Assembly (NCBI GenBank): GCA_964016885.1
Contig: OZ024740.1
Coordinates: 54,932,001-54,996,000, forward strand
Direction: 5' to 3'
DNA from: Eledone cirrhosa
Lineage: Eukaryota
DNA length: 64,000 nucleotides
In this document: piece by piece, positions 58,581 to 64,000 of the stretch
Layout of the letters: each line of letters begins with the position of its first letter
Position numbering within the stretch: position 1 is the stretch's first letter
Position numbers and translations under genes: made by a program
Notes under the pieces: model-generated
Seen by the model: only the letters and a program-made list of their open reading frames with translations
Database searches by the model: none
Told to the model about the DNA's origin: nothing

Positions 58581-58612
<32 letters not shown>
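58226..58612. repeat. Compound trinucleotide array (AAT)(AAC)(TAG)(TGG)(CAG)(AAG)(AAC)
   Basis: Directly visible. Confidence 0.95.
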
Positions 58613-59437
58613 ATAATCATGTTTATTATAATAATTTTTGTGGTACTTATTGTATTTTGTTGATTTTGTGACTCTTTTATCTTTTGTGACTAATACAAGA
58701 CAATAGTTAATTGTGTTTACATATACACATTTTGTTTTAGTCCTACATATACTTTTCTGAATATCAAATCTGTGTGGGATCACGTGTATATTTGGGTGAG
58801 ATCATCTCTATTTCTGTGTTTTTCTACCTATCTACTTACACACACACAAACACACACACACATACCTCGCACGCACACATACATATATATATATGTGCGT
58901 GTATGTGCCTGAGATATATTTGTATATGTGCGTAAATATGCATATGTGTGTATGTGCGTAAATATATAAAAAAATATTCAAATATATATATATATATATG
59001 TATGTGTGTGTATGTGTATATGTGTGTATGCATGTGTGTGTATGTGCGGTGGTGTATGTGTATGCGTATGTGTATTATGTGTGTGTATGTGTGTTTGTGT
59101 TTGTATTTTGTATACATGAAACATACCTTGTTTCAAGTATATTGTACCATTCTATAATTTTTGGCTCTTTGCAATGATGTAGCTCAATTACTATTCTCTA
59201 GAATCTTCCAAAGAGAATAACAATAATCAAGTCTTCTCTTCTTTCTCGTTCTTTATGATTTACTTATTTGTTACGTAGATTTATTTGTTTTTAACCTCAA
59301 ATATATTTCAGTTTTATTTCATATTTCCTTCATATATTGTACGTTTGTTTCTTAATTCATATTCAGACGTATCTCTGACATTTAAAATAATAATATATAT
59401 AGTTTTGTGTTCATATATACACACGTACACGTACATG

Positions 59438-59472
<35 letters not shown>

Positions 59473-59541
59473 ATGGGTGTGTGTGTATATATATATATAT
59501 GCATATATTTGTACATACATATATATATATATTATATATAC

Positions 59542-59610
<69 letters not shown>

Positions 59611-60035
59611 TATGTGTGTATGGGTGTGTGTGTATATATATATATATATGCATATATTTGTACATATACATATATATATATATGTGTGTGTATATATGTA
59701 TGTATTTTTCTGATTTTTTTCTGTCTTGCCGTCATTTTTATTCTTTCATTATATATTTTCTTCGATGGAAATTTATATTATCATTGAAGCACCCCTACTG
59801 TCAATGCACCTCAAACTCCCCACCGCACATCTACTTCGTTTTAGATAGAATAAAGAAGACTAAAGAGCATAGATAGTTTATCGGTGTAAAGACAAGAAAA
59901 GTAACCTATTATTTTCCCAAAACGCATTCTTTGTTCTTATTCTTTGATGCTATGCCTACATGTTAGCATCAACAGAAAAGAAGAAAAAAATGTGTTTCTT
60001 ACTTAGAAAAATAATTTTAATGTATTCTAGCTGTC

Positions 60036-60123
<88 letters not shown>

Positions 60124-60169
60124 AACACACAAACACAAACACACAGACACGCAGACATTTGCGCAAATA

Positions 60170-60228
<59 letters not shown>

Positions 60229-60306
60229 ATTTATATATACATACATATATTTATATATCTATACACACACATATTTATACACGTGTATTTATTTATGTGT
60301 GCATCA

Positions 60307-60371
<65 letters not shown>

Positions 60372-61482
60372 TGGTATTGGCGTAATGGATGACAAATAAT
60401 GTGTTTTACCCAGTATACTTCATGTTTCGTAGCAATAAATTAAAGAACAATCTAGAACGATTGGGTTAACAGAGTTTCTAGAGATTTGGCTACCATGCCT
60501 TGCGATATTTGTTCCCTTGTACTAAGATCAAATCCAATCGCGATATACTTTTTATTAACTCTCTTGCTGACTTTAATAAAAGATAGTGGCTCTTGTGCCA
60601 ACAGAAAACACTCTCTGGGGAACATTTGAATCCTGTCTCCATGTTGAGGATGTCTTCTTTCATTACACATTAGGGTAATTGAAAATGGTCATAGATGTTC
60701 CCCTCTCCTCGCAACGAGACGATAAAAACTATGCATGTTATACAAATTCTGATATTTTCTGGTCATATAAGAATCCTTCAGTGAAACCATTTTTGCCATT
60801 GTTAGAGAATGCATAATATGGTGGACAATAAATCACTCATTGAGTTAATCTTGTCCTCGTCACACTTAGCTATTTTACTTGATATAGCCTAACCAAAAAA
60901 GTTTCATTTCAAATTTAACGTTTACGAGTCTTCAACACAAAAACCTACAGCAGTTATACATTTTACCAATAAAATGATCTTTCCTATATAGTCTTACTTT
61001 CAAAATAAATAATTTATACATACATACAAACATACATACATACATATATATGTGTGTGTGTCTGTTTGTGTGTGTCTGTCTATCTGTTTGTACATGTGTG
61101 TGTCTGTCTGTTTGTGTGTATCTGTCTGTCTGTGCATGTGTGTGTATGTGTGTGTGTGTGTCTGTGTGTGTCTGTGCGTATGTGTGGGTGTATATATGTA
61201 TGATTTCCATGGAATTTGGTACTTCTTTGCAATATTTAGCACGATATTTTCTCTAGATTCATTTTAAAATTTATTTCTGACAGAAAATACCTTTTATCGT
61301 TTTCGCAACACTAAAATATATTTAAACCATCTATTTCAAAGATTAAGAAGGAGATTATGAATTGTTCTGCTTTCCAAAGATTATCTGAGTTTAAATATTA
61401 ATGCCCGTTTGAATTAGCTTCCTCATACATATGAGCACACCGATTCACATACACACTTTCTCAATCCACACATAAACATTTA

Positions 61483-61591
<109 letters not shown>

Positions 61592-61627
61592 CATGTGTGT
61601 GAGTGTGTGAATGTATGTACGGATTTT

Positions 61628-61665
<38 letters not shown>

Positions 61666-61993
61666 TTACATATACATGTATATATATATATATACATGCC
61701 TGTGGCTATTAAATTGCTTTGAGGATTGGCTGTTTCTTAGAAAAGATAATGATAATAATAATAATATCAATAAATTGAAAAAATAAATAAAACAGAAGAA
61801 CGTAGATTTCTGAAACGTGGCTTCCGGTCTGAACTCTTTTATCAAGAATCGTTTCCACCATCTGTGATTTGACTGGTTTTCATGATTAATGTACAACACG
61901 AAACGTTCATCATATTTATAAATTTTCTTTATGAAATATCGTACTTTCACAAATAAAACAATCTCATGTATCCGAAAAACTGAGAAAGCAAGC

Positions 61994-62024
<31 letters not shown>

Positions 62025-62070
62025 TGTATGTATGTATGTATGTATGTATGTATGTATGTATGTGGGTATG

Positions 62071-62144
<74 letters not shown>

Positions 62145-62227
62145 TATGTATGTATGTATATGTATATATATATATGTGTGTGTGTGTATGTGTGTGTGTA
62201 TGTATATATGTATGTATGTATATATAT

Positions 62228-62278
<51 letters not shown>

Positions 62279-62418
62279 TATATGTATATGTATATATATA
62301 TGTATATGTACATGTAAATGTGTGTGTGTGTGTGTGCGCGTGTGTGTGTGTGTGTATGTATGGTTATACATACATATATATGTGAGTGTGTGTTTCTCTG
62401 TGTATGTGACTGTGTGCC

Positions 62419-62474
<56 letters not shown>

Positions 62475-62641
62475 TATTCATGTATGTATACATCATCCTT
62501 CCTTCGACCTGCTGAATTTGTCTTCTGGCTAATTTGACATATTTTTTTCCACGTTTTTTGTTTCTTTTTTTCACATTTTCTTGGTTTGTTTTGCACTTTC
62601 CCGTTCGCTTCACTTTATTTTTTTTCTAATTATTTTCTTTT

Positions 62642-62679
<38 letters not shown>

Positions 62680-62907
62680 TATATTATTTTATATTCTTTC
62701 GTTTGTACTTTACCTTTTAGTTTGTTTTCACTTTTCTCCATCACTCTCTCCAACTGCTTCGTCGTTTGTACATATGTGTATCATGGTACCATATAAGTAT
62801 TTGGATTATATATCTGCAGCCAAATAACACTCATACGGTATTAAGTAGATACATACATACACACACACATATATATATATACATATGTGCGTGTGACATC
62901 TATATGC

Positions 62908-62945
<38 letters not shown>

Positions 62946-63057
62946 TAGGTGATGGATTGCCGTTTCTGTTTATATAAATTCATATACGTACTACTCTGCT
63001 TTGCGCTAGATTCTCCAATACAATAGGAAGAACACAAAAAATAAACCACCACGAACA

Positions 63058-63297
63058 TCAAGCATAGCAATAACAAGAAATATCAGTTGCCTTAGGTGAT
63101 ATTTGTGAGAAACCTTCAGGAGTGTATGAACACATGAGTCGAGCTGAAGACATCTTCTTGACGTAGCAATAAACAAGCGGGCCAAGTGAATACTTAAGGC
63201 TGAATGTTCCCAAATCACACATATTGGAAGCACCCCTCTCCTTGTAGTTTTCAGTGAATGGACAATTTAGGCTCGTCTCTGAATGCCACGCAGAAAT
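63058..63297 (-). CDS. Candidate terminal coding exon, 79 codons, six cysteines, unknown product
   Basis: Open frame ISAWHSETSLNCPF...MCDLG...YCYVKK...LMCSY...ISCYCYA* begins right after tatttag; the acceptor lacks a polypyrimidine tract; no homology recognised. Confidence 0.25.
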   Translation of the reverse strand: MSAWHSETSLNCPFTENYKERGASNMCDLGTFSLKYSLGPLVYCYVKKMSSARLMCSYTPEGFSQISPKATDISCYCYA

Positions 63298-63575
63298 CTA
63301 AATACGGTGTCGTTTTTCTTTTTTTATTTCTCAATGTGTGTGAATCATTTTCATTCATGGTATTGCTGATTAGAATAAAATAGTTATAGTTAATAATATA
63401 TATATATAAAGTTGAATCTGTAGTAACTTCTAAGACTAAATCAAATTAGCTGAAAAACGAAAGTCAGCAATATTTCAATATTTAAATAGTGAATATTAGA
63501 AGCAGAGTTTAAAAATCTAGCTTTTTGTCAGCATATATTTTTATACAGTAAATCAATTTTCAAAAATGCACTTAC

Positions 63576-63753
63576 CTTGTAGTATTTATTATTCCAGGTT
63601 CCGTTATTTTGGGAGTGCACTGTAACAAGACAAGTAGAAACATAAGCAAGAGTAACCAACCTCTACAATAACTTCAACAATGAAAATGAAGACACTATAT
63701 AGTAATTCGGCTTCCTATAACAGCAAATTTCACTTTAAACCTTAACCTTCCGT
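63576..63753 (-). other. Candidate exon of a minus-strand transcript
   Basis: Acceptor acttttcccgtttttag (exon starts at 63753), alternative acceptor ttattgtag (exon starts at 63662), donor AAG/GTAAGT at 63575; a further acceptor ctgactttcgtttttcag at 63450. Confidence 0.35.
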
Positions 63754-64000
63754 CTAAAAACGGGAAAAGTACACATTGTAATATATAACGTGTCCCATTA
63801 TATTCAATCAAGCTACAGGAATATGGAAGGAGAAAGTAATGGCTGTGCTGCAAGAGGATGAAACACAGAAAAAATGTTATAAAGATACATGACTGAGATA
63901 GGTAAATAGATCGATTGGCGATAAACAGATTGGGAAAGGAGGGTAAACAGGAAGCAAGAAAAAAAACAGTAGATAACCAGACTGGGAATTACAGAGATAG

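Noticed and set aside
57896-58783. 295-aa and 143-aa homopolymer ORFs
   Set aside because: Product of the compound trinucleotide array and an inverted repeat.

Overview
Very AT-rich, microsatellite-saturated eukaryotic non-coding DNA, with (TA)n, (CA)n, (CATA)n, (GA)n and trinucleotide arrays. It is intronic or intergenic and most likely from an octopod cephalopod; this is inferred from the SINE and LINE repertoire, not verified. No confident host gene is present and almost all listed ORFs are microsatellite artefacts. Recognisable repeats are three tRNA-headed SINE families, a 5'-truncated CR1-type LINE (49.8-50.6 kb), a decayed R4/Dong-type LINE (37.7-40.2 kb) and RTE-type LINE 3' ends. The main signal is in the short 'unique' islands embedded in (TA)n tracts. 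They belong to a dozen or more sequence families (my working labels A-O) of Penelope-like retroelement ends or retrozyme-like elements. They carry roughly 25-30 minimal type I hammerhead ribozyme motifs, mostly with palindromic stem III, including non-canonical cores (U3-A8, A4, C4, U10.1-U11.1). Many are folded back into near-perfect hairpins whose junctions fall inside the ribozyme or at its predicted cleavage site. One locus (43.9-44.6 kb) links the ribozyme to a GIY-YIG endonuclease C-terminus. A possible minus-strand spliced transcript, perhaps encoding a small Cys-rich peptide, lies at 63.0-63.8 kb. All structures were folded by eye and no searches were run.
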